This document shows, piece by piece, positions 10,453-18,294 of a stretch of 64,000 bases of DNA. Under the pieces are notes generated by a model that saw only the letters and a program-made list of their open reading frames with translations, searched no databases and was not told where the DNA came from. Position 1 is the first letter of the stretch; every line of letters begins with the position of its first letter. The position numbers and the translations under genes were made by a program. Source of the stretch: Vicinamibacterales bacterium. Lineage in GTDB: Bacteria > Acidobacteriota > Vicinamibacteria > Vicinamibacterales > UBA2999. The DNA lies in the NCBI GenBank assembly GCA_036004405.1, contig DASYRM010000113.1, positions 60,111 through 124,110 on the forward strand. The letters run 5' to 3'.

Positions 10453-11781
10453 CTACGAGCGTGTCCGATTGGGGGGCTCGGCGTCCACCTCGTCGCTGGC
10501 CGGGGACACCGCCGCTTCGTCCCGCAGCTCGAACAGCCGGTTCACGGCTTCGGTGTAGGCGATCTGGGTTTCCTCGTCCGGGAGCGCTTTCAGCTGCGAG
10601 GTCGGCGCCAGCAGCAGCTTCTCCACGATGAGCCTCGTCACCTCGTCCACGCTGGCGCGGGCCTCTGGCGTCAGCCCGCCGAGCTTGTGCTCGAGGCGCT
10701 GCAGCTCTGCGCGCCTGATCTGCTCGAAGCGCTGGCGCAGCGCCACCACCGTGGGCACCGCGCCGCGCGAGCGCCGCCACGCGGCGAAGCGCTCGACCTC
10801 TTCGCCCACGATCGTCTCGGCGTGGACGATCTCCGACGACCGCCGGCTCAGGTTCTCCTGCACGATCGCCTGCAGGTCGTCGACGTTGTAGAGGAACACC
10901 TGCTCCATCTCGCCGACCGACGCATCGACGTCGCGGGGCACCGCAATGTCGATGATGAACAGCTGTTCGCCGCGGCGGCGGCTGGTGACGGCTTCGACGT
11001 CGGCCCGCGTGAGGATCGGCCGCGGCGAACCGGTCGCCGTGATGACGATGTCGGCGGTGGCCAGTGCCACGCGCAGATCGCTCCATGGGATCGCGCGTCC
11101 GTCCACGTCGACGGCGAGCGCTTCGGCGTGGGCGGCCGTGCGGCTGGTGATCGCGATCTCGCCGACGCCCTGGGCGCGCAGGTGCTGCGCCGTCAGCGTG
11201 CTGATCTCGCCGGCGCCGACCACCAGCACGCGGCGTCCGTCAAGGCGGCCGAAGATCTTGCGGGCAAGCGCCACGGCCGCAAACCCCACCGAGATTGCGC
11301 CCTCGCCGAGCGCCGTCTCCGACCGCACGCGCTTGCCGACGCCGAACGAGGTGTGGAAGAGCCGGGTGAGCACCGGCCCCACGCACTGCCGCGTGGCGGC
11401 CACCTGGAAGGCGTCCTTCACCTGGCCGAGGATCTGCGGTTCGCCGACGACGAGCGAGTCGAGACCGGCGGCCACCCGGAACAGGTGCCGCGTGGCGTCT
11501 TCGTCGGTGTGCTCGAAGACGTGCGCTTCGAACGCCTGGGGCGGCAGCCCGTGATAGCTGCCCAGGAAGTCGATGAGCTCCTGGCGCGCGCGCGCGGGAT
11601 CGTCGCTGGCGACGTAAATCTCCGAGCGGTTGCAGGTGGAGAGCACCACGGCCTCGCCGGCGGAGTACCGCGCGGCGAGCGCCTCTACGGCCGCGCCGAC
11701 GTCGCGGCTCGAGAAGTCGAGCTGTTCGCGGACGTCGATCGGCGCGGTCTGGTGGCTGACACCTAACAGGAAAACGTGCAT
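10453..11781 (-). CDS. hemA: Glutamyl-tRNA reductase
   Basis: 442 aa. LGVSHQTAPIDVRE N-terminus, catalytic Cys region (LSTCNRSEIY) and NADPH-binding domain. Confidence 0.92.
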   Translation of the reverse strand: MHVFLLGVSHQTAPIDVREQLDFSSRDVGAAVEALAARYSAGEAVVLSTCNRSEIYVASDDPARARQELIDFLGSYHGLPPQAFEAHVFEHTDEDATRHLFRVAAGLDSLVVGEPQILGQVKDAFQVAATRQCVGPVLTRLFHTSFGVGKRVRSETALGEGAISVGFAAVALARKIFGRLDGRRVLVVGAGEISTLTAQHLRAQGVGEIAITSRTAAHAEALAVDVDGRAIPWSDLRVALATADIVITATGSPRPILTRADVEAVTSRRRGEQLFIIDIAVPRDVDASVGEMEQVFLYNVDDLQAIVQENLSRRSSEIVHAETIVGEEVERFAAWRRSRGAVPTVVALRQRFEQIRRAELQRLEHKLGGLTPEARASVDEVTRLIVEKLLLAPTSQLKALPDEETQIAYTEAVNRLFELRDEAAVSPASDEVDAEPPNRTRS

Positions 11782-11782
11782 C

Positions 11783-12610
11783 TCACTGAAACGTGTGGCT
11801 CGTCGTCACGAAATAGCCGATGGGCAGGAAGTTGAGGAGCACGATCAGGAATCCCACCGTCGCCAGCCACGCCGCGCGGCGTCCTGTCCATCCGAGACGC
11901 GTCCGCGCAAAGAGCGCGAAGGAATACACCGCCCACGTCAGCACCGCAAAGAAGATCTTGGGGTCGTCGAGCGACATCGCGCGCAGGTTCGGGTCGTCGG
12001 GCGACAGCGGGCGTGCCTGCGCCGTCCACACGATGCCGACCGCCACACCGACGGTCAGGAACACCCAGCCGATCGTCATCGCCCGGGAGTTCATGACGTC
12101 GAGCGTCAGCAGCGACGGCAGGCGGTTGTAGAGATATCCGAGGTGCTTCTTCTTGATTTCCTTGAACTGCAACATGTAGATCAGGCCCAGTACGGCGGCC
12201 AGGGCGAAGCTGGCGTAGGCACACAGCAGCGACGCCACGTGGATCCAGAACCACGGGCTGTCGAGCACCGGGTCCACTTTCTCCACGCCCGGCGTCAGCG
12301 CCGAAATCGTCTGCAGCCCGATGGCGATCGGCAGAATGAACACGCCCATCGCGCGCTCTTCCGTCGAAATCTCCAGATAGAGATAGGACAGCGTCAGCAG
12401 CCACACGAAAGTCGAGACGACGTTTGGGAGGCTGGCAAACGGAATGTGGCGCACCTCCATCGTCTGCATGCCGATGACGAAGGTGTGCGCCAGCGCCGCG
12501 ACGAGCAGCGACGCCGTGGCCGCGCGTCCGGCGGCGGGATCGCGCCGCGCGAAGTGGATGGCGTACGCCACCGCCGATACGGCGTAGAGGAGGAGTGGAA
12601 GAATCTTCAC
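11783..12610 (-). CDS. Cytochrome c assembly protein family membrane protein (CcsA/ResC-like)
   Basis: 275 aa, about 8 TM helices, W-rich CcsA-like segment. Immediately upstream of hemA, as in Bacillus hemAXCDBL (HemX position). Confidence 0.7.
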   Translation of the reverse strand: MKILPLLLYAVSAVAYAIHFARRDPAAGRAATASLLVAALAHTFVIGMQTMEVRHIPFASLPNVVSTFVWLLTLSYLYLEISTEERAMGVFILPIAIGLQTISALTPGVEKVDPVLDSPWFWIHVASLLCAYASFALAAVLGLIYMLQFKEIKKKHLGYLYNRLPSLLTLDVMNSRAMTIGWVFLTVGVAVGIVWTAQARPLSPDDPNLRAMSLDDPKIFFAVLTWAVYSFALFARTRLGWTGRRAAWLATVGFLIVLLNFLPIGYFVTTSHTFQ

Positions 12611-13626
12611 CGGGCGGTCGGGGCGAAGTACCCCTTCTTCGTCCGCGGCGTCAGCCCCTGACGGGCGGTCTGCACGACGATCCGCCGGAAGGCGCCGTCG
12701 CGCCGGGCGTTCCTCGACGTGTAGCCGATCGTGTACTGGCTGGCGAGCTCGTCGGCAATCTGGGCGTATACGCCGCTCAGCTCGTCGACGCGCGACGGAA
12801 AGAACGAGCGGCCGCCGGTTTCCTGTGCCAGCTGCCGCATGACGAACTCGGCCTCGCGGAAGCCCTTGGTCTGGGTGTCGACGCCGCGCAGCGCGATGGT
12901 GTAGATGGCGGTTTCGGAGCGCTTGGCCAGATCGAGCACCTCGTCGAACGAAATCAGGCTCGACGTGTCCTCACCGTCCGAGAACACCACCAGCGCCTGC
13001 CGGCGCACGTCCTCTTCCGACACCGCGCGCACCTTCTTCAGCTCTTTGAGCGCGATGTAGATGGCGTTGTGCAGCGACGTGGATCCGCCGGCCGATGTCT
13101 TGCCGATGGCGGCCTCCAGCTCCGGAATGTTTCCGGTGAAGCCCTGGCGGATCTCGACGCGGCTGTCGAAGTCGATCACCTGCGCGATGTCGTTCGGCTT
13201 CAGCCGCTTGACGAAGCTCTTGGCGGCAATCTGGAGCTCTTCCAGCTTGTCTTCCATGCTGGCGCTGCTGTCGAGGAGCAGCGACAGGGCAATCGGCTGC
13301 TGGCGGCGGTTGAAGAACGAGATCTCCTGCTTGGCGCCGTCCTCGAAGATCGAGAAGTCGGCCTGGTCGAGATCGGTCACGTAATGTCCGGCGGTGTCCT
13401 GCACCGTGACGTTGAGCGACACGATGTCGACGCCGGCGCGGAACGCCGGCCGCTGCGGCGGCGGCGCGGGCGTTGCGGGCGTCTGGGCTGGTGCCGGGGG
13501 CGGCTTGGGCGCCTCCTGCGACGGGGTCGAGACCGCCGGAGCAGGCGCCTGCCATGCGAGCGCGTGCGACCACTGGCTCACCACGACCGCCGCGACCGCC
13601 AGGACGACGAAGAGTCTTGCACCCAT
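12607..13626 (-). CDS. VWA domain-containing secreted protein (acidobacterial VWFA-related type)
   Basis: Start trimmed to M15 (MGARLFVVLAVAAV signal peptide). VWA/MIDAS region (DSSASM...). Family that is expanded in Acidobacteria. Confidence 0.75.
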   Translation of the reverse strand: MGARLFVVLAVAAVVVSQWSHALAWQAPAPAVSTPSQEAPKPPPAPAQTPATPAPPPQRPAFRAGVDIVSLNVTVQDTAGHYVTDLDQADFSIFEDGAKQEISFFNRRQQPIALSLLLDSSASMEDKLEELQIAAKSFVKRLKPNDIAQVIDFDSRVEIRQGFTGNIPELEAAIGKTSAGGSTSLHNAIYIALKELKKVRAVSEEDVRRQALVVFSDGEDTSSLISFDEVLDLAKRSETAIYTIALRGVDTQTKGFREAEFVMRQLAQETGGRSFFPSRVDELSGVYAQIADELASQYTIGYTSRNARRDGAFRRIVVQTARQGLTPRTKKGYFAPTAR

Positions 13627-13633
13627 CAGCCTG

Positions 13634-14536
13634 TTACGCTCCCGTCTCCCCGCGAGCTTCGGCCCCACGCACCGTCAATCCCGACTTGCCCGCCGAGACG
13701 GTCACCTTCTCCGGGGGAATCAGCGATTCCGGCCGGCTGTAGACGACCTTGTATTGCGACTTCAGTTCCTTGGCGAGCTTCTCCATCGCGCCGTCGAGCG
13801 CGTGGGCGCTCAGCAGCGAGATGCGCTGGCCGCCGGATTCGCGCGGGCCGGCGTCGAGCAGGAACGATCGCTCGCGCGTGCCGTGCTCCTCGTCGTGATA
13901 GAACGGCCCGATCGTCACCATGTGCAGCGCCACGCGGTTCTTGACCAGCGTGTTGACGATGTCGCGGAAATAGTGGGTCGTGAACTCGACGCCGTCGGTG
14001 ATCACGGGCACGACGACCGCGCGCGGGGTCTCGCGCTTCTGCAGGCCGTTGACCGTCTCGAAGATGCCGTCGAGGAGCGTCATACCGCTCTGGGGGGTGG
14101 AGAACAGGCTGCTGGTGGCATCCTTCAGCCGGACCGCGTCGCCGGTGTAGTCCACTTTGATGGTGGGCCGATCGGCCAGGGTGATCACGGCGATCTTGTT
14201 GCCCGCCGCCATGATCTGGACGAACGTCGACAGGCTCGAGCGCAGGAAGGTGATCTCGTCGGCCGCGGCGGTGCTGTTGTCGACGAGGATCGCGATGTCC
14301 ATCGGCTCGGTGGCGGGCGAGACGCGCAGCACTTCGCGCCGCACGCCGTCTTCCTTCACCACGAACGCGTCCGGGCCGAGACCGTCGACGGGCTCGCCCT
14401 TGTCGTTGACGGCGCCGACGAAGAGCGTCCGCTCTCGTCGATCGCGTTGCGCGCTGAGGGACGTCAGCGCGGATGGCACGAGCGCGACCGTCAGGGCGAA
14501 TGCGGTCGCCATACGGATCGATCGAAGCCCTCTCAT
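13634..14536 (-). CDS. VWA domain-containing secreted protein (second tandem paralog)
   Basis: 300 aa. Signal peptide. DNSTAAAD MIDAS-like region. Same architecture as the downstream neighbour. Confidence 0.75.
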   Translation of the reverse strand: MRGLRSIRMATAFALTVALVPSALTSLSAQRDRRERTLFVGAVNDKGEPVDGLGPDAFVVKEDGVRREVLRVSPATEPMDIAILVDNSTAAADEITFLRSSLSTFVQIMAAGNKIAVITLADRPTIKVDYTGDAVRLKDATSSLFSTPQSGMTLLDGIFETVNGLQKRETPRAVVVPVITDGVEFTTHYFRDIVNTLVKNRVALHMVTIGPFYHDEEHGTRERSFLLDAGPRESGGQRISLLSAHALDGAMEKLAKELKSQYKVVYSRPESLIPPEKVTVSAGKSGLTVRGAEARGETGA

Positions 14537-14551
14537 GCGGCCAGTATATAG

Positions 14552-14810
14552 GTCCGGGGCCCACCCGGGTCAAGCAATTGGGTCACCCAAAGTTGTTGAA
14601 AACAGGAGACTTGATCCGACAGGCGCCGGGCTGGCCAGGGCCGCGGCCGGGCTCCGGCCGCAAAGCCCCAACAAGCGCTGTGAAGTTTTTCACAAAGTCA
14701 CGCTATACTGGTGGGCGGTCCAGCCGCCTGAAGGGCGGGCAATAGGGCTTTGGTGGGCAATGCCGTGTGTACTAGGCTCCTCCTGCGGCAATTTCCAAGG
14801 AGCTCAGTAG
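14552..14810. promoter_or_regulatory. Divergent intergenic region between VWA/hem operon and atp operon. Contains TATACT -10-like hexamer and GTGAA-N4-TTCAC inverted repeat
   Basis: 259-nt non-coding stretch between divergently transcribed operons. Candidate -10 near 14716 and a short operator-like palindrome. No -35 assigned with confidence. Confidence 0.3.
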
Positions 14811-15071
14811 ATGGCACGGACGGGTCAGCGGTTTTCGGTCAGCCGGGCGGCGCGCGCGTTTCAGAGCAACGTGACGAGCGCCGGACCGGTGGCAGCGGCC
14901 AGCTACACCCTGGTCGGCGGCATCATCCTGCTGGGCGGAATCGGCTACGCTGTCGACCGCTGGTGGGGGACGGCGCCCTGGGGGCTGGTCATCGGGTTGG
15001 CTCTGGGCATCGTGGTCGGCTTCTACGAGATTATCCGGGTGAGCCTGCAGCCGCCGGCCGGGGGCCAGTGA
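14811..15071 (+). CDS. atpZ: ATP synthase accessory protein AtpZ (ATPase gene 1 family)
   Basis: 86 aa, two TM helices (LVGGIILLGGIGYAVDRWWGT...). GGAGCTC Shine-Dalgarno. First gene before atpI-atpB. Confidence 0.65.
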   Translation: MARTGQRFSVSRAARAFQSNVTSAGPVAAASYTLVGGIILLGGIGYAVDRWWGTAPWGLVIGLALGIVVGFYEIIRVSLQPPAGGQ

Positions 15072-15084
15072 GGCTCGCGACCTC

Positions 15085-15477
15085 GTGATGGCGCCGCTCC
15101 TCTGGATGACCGGCCTGTCTGCCGGCGCGTGGCTGGTGCTGGTGGCGGTTGCGCCGCAGCTGAACCCCGAGGCGCTGTTGGGCCTGCTGGGACCGCTCGT
15201 GAGCGCGCTGGCGACGTGGGTCGTCGTGGCGCGCACCGCGGCCACAGCGCCCGCGAAGGTCACCGGTGTGATGGTGACCGGCCTCGCGGTGAAGATGGTG
15301 TTCTTCGGCGTCTACGTCGTTGGAATGCTGAAGGGCGCCGGGCTGAGGCCGGTGCCGTTCGTGTTGAGTTTCGCGGGGTCCTTCATCGCCCTGCACGCGG
15401 TGGAGGCGGTGTTCCTGCGACGGTTGTTCGTGGAGATGCAACGCTCCTCGCCGAGCGAGAGTAGGGGCCGCCTTTAG
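15085..15477 (+). CDS. atpI: ATP synthase protein I (AtpI-like small membrane protein)
   Basis: 130 aa, 4 predicted TM helices. Between atpZ and atpB. Confidence 0.6.
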   Translation: MMAPLLWMTGLSAGAWLVLVAVAPQLNPEALLGLLGPLVSALATWVVVARTAATAPAKVTGVMVTGLAVKMVFFGVYVVGMLKGAGLRPVPFVLSFAGSFIALHAVEAVFLRRLFVEMQRSSPSESRGRL

Positions 15478-15484
15478 GCGGCCC
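15462..15484. repeat. REP-like hairpin GGGGCCGCC-TTTA-GGCGGCCC overlapping the atpI stop codon
   Basis: Perfect 8-9 bp inverted repeat. The atpI TAG stop lies in the loop. Same consensus recurs at at least 5 other positions. Confidence 0.6.
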
Positions 15485-15500
15485 GTCAGTAACGACGACG

Positions 15501-16415
15501 ATGCAGATAGAAGAAGCCGCCGGGCACGCCGCCGCGCCCTTCGACGCCGGCAAGACGATCATCGAGCACGTCTCCAACAGCCCGTTGTCGGAGCCGTTGA
15601 TCCATCTGCCGCCCGTCTTCGGCATCGATCTCTCCGTGACCAAGCACGTGATGATGCTGTGGCTGGTGGCCGCCACGATCTTCGTCGTGGTGACGCTCTC
15701 GGTGCGCCGCTACCTGCGCCAGGACCGCCAGATTCCGTCCGGGTTCATGAACGCCCTCGAGGCGATCGTGGACTTCATCCGCGAGTCGATCGTGCGCCCC
15801 AACGTCGGCGACAAGTGGGTCGACACCTGGACGCCGCTGCTGGTGTCGCTGTTCGTCTTCATCCTGGGCGCCAACGCCATCGGGCTGATTCCCATCTTCG
15901 ACGTCCTCAACCTGCTCAACCACACGGTGCTGCACGCGTCGCACGACTCGTTCTTCTCGAAGATGCTCGAGGGCGGCGTGACCGCCACCGGCAACTTCAA
16001 CGTCACCGCCGCGCTCGCCACCATCACCTTCTTCACCATCATCATCGCCGGCGCTCGCGCTCACGGCTTCGTGAAGCACTGGAAGAACATGGTGCCGCAC
16101 GGTCTGCCGCTGCCGGTCACCCTGTTCCTGATCCCGATCGAGATCATGGGCATGCTGGTGCGCCCGTTCGCGCTCACGATGCGTCTTGCCGCCAACATGA
16201 CCGGCGGCCACATCGCCATCCTGGCGATCCTGTCGTTCGTGTTCATCTTCAATCAGCAGTTCGGGGCCGCCGCCGGCATGGGCGTCGGCGTGTTCTCACT
16301 CGTGCTCGCGGTGCTGATCTCGGCGCTCGAAATCATCGTCGTGCTGGTTCAGGCGTACGTGTTCACGCTCTTGTCGGCCGTGTTCATCGGCATGGCCATT
16401 CACGCTCATCACTGA
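15501..16415 (+). CDS. atpB: F0F1 ATP synthase subunit a
   Basis: 304 aa, 5-6 TM helices. Conserved essential Arg in LTMRLAANMTGGH (cf. LRLFGNMxAGH). Confidence 0.9.
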   Translation: MQIEEAAGHAAAPFDAGKTIIEHVSNSPLSEPLIHLPPVFGIDLSVTKHVMMLWLVAATIFVVVTLSVRRYLRQDRQIPSGFMNALEAIVDFIRESIVRPNVGDKWVDTWTPLLVSLFVFILGANAIGLIPIFDVLNLLNHTVLHASHDSFFSKMLEGGVTATGNFNVTAALATITFFTIIIAGARAHGFVKHWKNMVPHGLPLPVTLFLIPIEIMGMLVRPFALTMRLAANMTGGHIAILAILSFVFIFNQQFGAAAGMGVGVFSLVLAVLISALEIIVVLVQAYVFTLLSAVFIGMAIHAHH

Positions 16416-16438
16416 GCGCTTTTACGGAGGCACTGGAA

Positions 16439-16672
16439 ATGCAGGGATTTGCGCTTGCTTATATGGGGGCCGGCATTGGCCTCGGTCTGGCCGTCATCGG
16501 AGCCGGTCTTGGCATCGGGAAACTCGCGGCCGGCGCGGCCGAGGCGATCGGCCGGCAGCCGAGCGCGACGGCGCAGATCACCGGCGCGGTCAACCTTCCG
16601 CTGTTCCTGCTCGAAGGCGTCGCGGTGCTCGCCGAGGTGTTCGCGCTCCTCATCGTGCTGCTGAAGAATTAA
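16439..16672 (+). CDS. atpE: F0F1 ATP synthase subunit c
   Basis: 77 aa. MQGFALAYMGAGIGLGLAVIGAGLGIG...LLEGVAVLAEVFALLIVL with conserved carboxylate (E). Lies at the 3' end of a long artefactual ORF 15659..16672 on the same frame. The tool's 16449..16664 ORF is a different, spurious frame. Confidence 0.88.
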   Translation: MQGFALAYMGAGIGLGLAVIGAGLGIGKLAAGAAEAIGRQPSATAQITGAVNLPLFLLEGVAVLAEVFALLIVLLKN

Positions 16673-16682
16673 GGACATCACG

Positions 16683-17192
16683 ATGGACAATCCGCTGGTC
16701 CAACCCGATCCCGGGCTGTACATCTGGACCATCGCCACGTTTCTGGTCCTCGCGGGGCTGCTGGCGAAGTTCGCCTGGAGGCCGCTGCTGGCGGCGCTCG
16801 CGGCGCGTCAGGATGCGATCCGGAAATCGCTCGACGAGGCCAGACAGGCCAAGACGGAGCTCGAGCGCCTCAACGTCGAGTCGCAGCGCATCCTAGCCCA
16901 GGCCCGTACTGAGGCCGAGGCGATCATGGCGGCGACGCGGACCGACGCCAGCAAGTTCCGCGAGGAGCTGATGCAGAAGGCGCGCGCCGACGCCGACCTG
17001 AGGGTGAAGAACGCGGAGAAGCAGATCGAGCTCGAGACCGCGCGTGCCCTGCAGCAGATCCGCCAGGAAGCCGTGGACCTCTCGGTCACGATTGCGTCGA
17101 AGCTGTTGCAGCGCAACGTGTCGAAGGACGACAACCTGCGGCTGATCGAAGACACGTTCAAGAGCATCGAGTCCTCCGAACGTCCTAGTTAG
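16683..17192 (+). CDS. atpF: F0F1 ATP synthase subunit b
   Basis: 169 aa. Single N-terminal TM helix followed by a long charged coiled coil (ARQDAIRKSLDEARQAKTELERL...). Confidence 0.85.
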   Translation: MDNPLVQPDPGLYIWTIATFLVLAGLLAKFAWRPLLAALAARQDAIRKSLDEARQAKTELERLNVESQRILAQARTEAEAIMAATRTDASKFREELMQKARADADLRVKNAEKQIELETARALQQIRQEAVDLSVTIASKLLQRNVSKDDNLRLIEDTFKSIESSERPS

Positions 17193-17282
17193 TTAGCGAG
17201 GCTTCGCCACGGGTGAACGTAAGGCTTCGCCTCGCTAACGCAGTGTCTGCTTGGCCCGCACTCCGTGCGGGCGGGCTCACCC
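17192..17282. terminator. Two consecutive hairpins after atpF: GTTAGCGAGGC...GCCTCGCTAAC (REP-like) and GCCCGCAC-TCC-GTGCGGGC
   Basis: First element shares the TAGCGAGGC core with the palindrome after dxr. Second is a perfect 8-bp stem. Together they form a likely atp operon terminator, with no atpH/A/G/D/C downstream. Confidence 0.55.
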
Positions 17283-17308
17283 GGCGTCGGCAGTACCTCC
17301 TCACAGGA

Positions 17309-18277
17309 GTGACGGCGCTGGGTGGCGTGGTGCTCTTTGCCTACGCCGTCCGCAGCGTGGGCCTCTCTCCGATTGCAGACGGCATCCGGCGTGTCGGCCG
17401 GGGGCTGGTCCCGATCCTGGCGCTCGGCGGCGTCCGCTTCGCGCTGCGCACGGAAGCGTGGCGGCTGTGCATGCGCCCGGCGGCGCGCCTCCCCTTTGCG
17501 TCCGCGCTCGCGGCGTTTCTCGCCGGCGACGCCGTGGGCAGCGTGACGCCGTTCGGGCTTGCCGCCAGCGAGCCCACCAAAGCGTTCCTCTCCCGGCACC
17601 ATTTGGCCACGTCCGACGCGGTGTCGTCGCTTGCAACCGACAACCTCGTCTATGCGGCGTCGGCGCTGACGATGGTGCTCGTGGGCGTCGCGGTCCTGCT
17701 CGCCACGGTGCCGCTGCCGTTCCAGTGGCAGGAGTGGGGCGTGGCGGCGTTGATCCTGCTCGTCGCCGCGGCGCTGGCCGGCCTGCGGCTGTTGCGAGGC
17801 ACGTGGTCGCCCGAGCAAGGCGCGCGCCCGGCGTGGCGCGAGCGGCTGGCGGGCGTGCGGCAATCAGTGGTGGGCTTTTCGGCGGCCAACCCGGGCCGGT
17901 TGTGGCGGGCCTTCGGCCTGGGTATGGCATTCCACGCGCTGGCGGTGGTGGAAGTGTTTTTCACCCTCGGATGGCTGCAACCGGGCGAGGCGCCGACGCT
18001 GTCGCAGTCGGTTGTCTTCGAAGCGCTCAACCGGGTGCAGATGCTGGCGTTCAAGTTCGTGCCCTTCCGCGTCGGCGTCGACGAAGCGCTCACCGGCGCG
18101 CTCGCGCCGGCGCTGGCGGTGCCCGCCGCGGTGGGCGTGACGCTGGCCATCGTGCGGAAGGTGCGGAACCTGTTCTGGGCCGGGATCGGCTTCGTGGTCC
18201 TTGGTCCTTGGTTCTCGGTGCTTGGTCCAAGGGACCAAGGACTAAGGACTAAGGACGGACCAGGCACCAAGCACTAA
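17309..18277 (+). CDS. UPF0104 family membrane protein (lysylphosphatidylglycerol synthase TM-region-like / flippase-like domain)
   Basis: Polytopic membrane protein of about 320 aa. Start moved to GTG at 17309 (AGGAG Shine-Dalgarno), because the 17213 start would place two terminator hairpins inside coding sequence. Family assignment rests on size and topology, so moderate. Confidence 0.55.
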   Translation: MTALGGVVLFAYAVRSVGLSPIADGIRRVGRGLVPILALGGVRFALRTEAWRLCMRPAARLPFASALAAFLAGDAVGSVTPFGLAASEPTKAFLSRHHLATSDAVSSLATDNLVYAASALTMVLVGVAVLLATVPLPFQWQEWGVAALILLVAAALAGLRLLRGTWSPEQGARPAWRERLAGVRQSVVGFSAANPGRLWRAFGLGMAFHALAVVEVFFTLGWLQPGEAPTLSQSVVFEALNRVQMLAFKFVPFRVGVDEALTGALAPALAVPAAVGVTLAIVRKVRNLFWAGIGFVVLGPWFSVLGPRDQGLRTKDGPGTKH

Positions 18278-18290
18278 GGACCAAGGACTG
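18197..18290. repeat. Complex cluster of CTTGGTCC/GGACCAAG inverted repeats and 3x CTAAGGAC direct repeats between convergent genes
   Basis: Overlaps the last about 25 codons of the UPF0104 gene (peptide VLGPWFSVLGPRDQGLRTKDGPGTKH) and the spacer before the sulfatase gene. Likely bidirectional terminator or repeat element. Confidence 0.5.
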
Positions 18291-18294
18291 CGTC

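Noticed and set aside
16449-16664. Tool ORF called in the atpE region
   Set aside because: Wrong frame (Arg/Ser-rich). The genuine c-subunit (MQGFALAYMGAGIGLG...) is on the frame of ORF 15659..16672 from ATG 16439.
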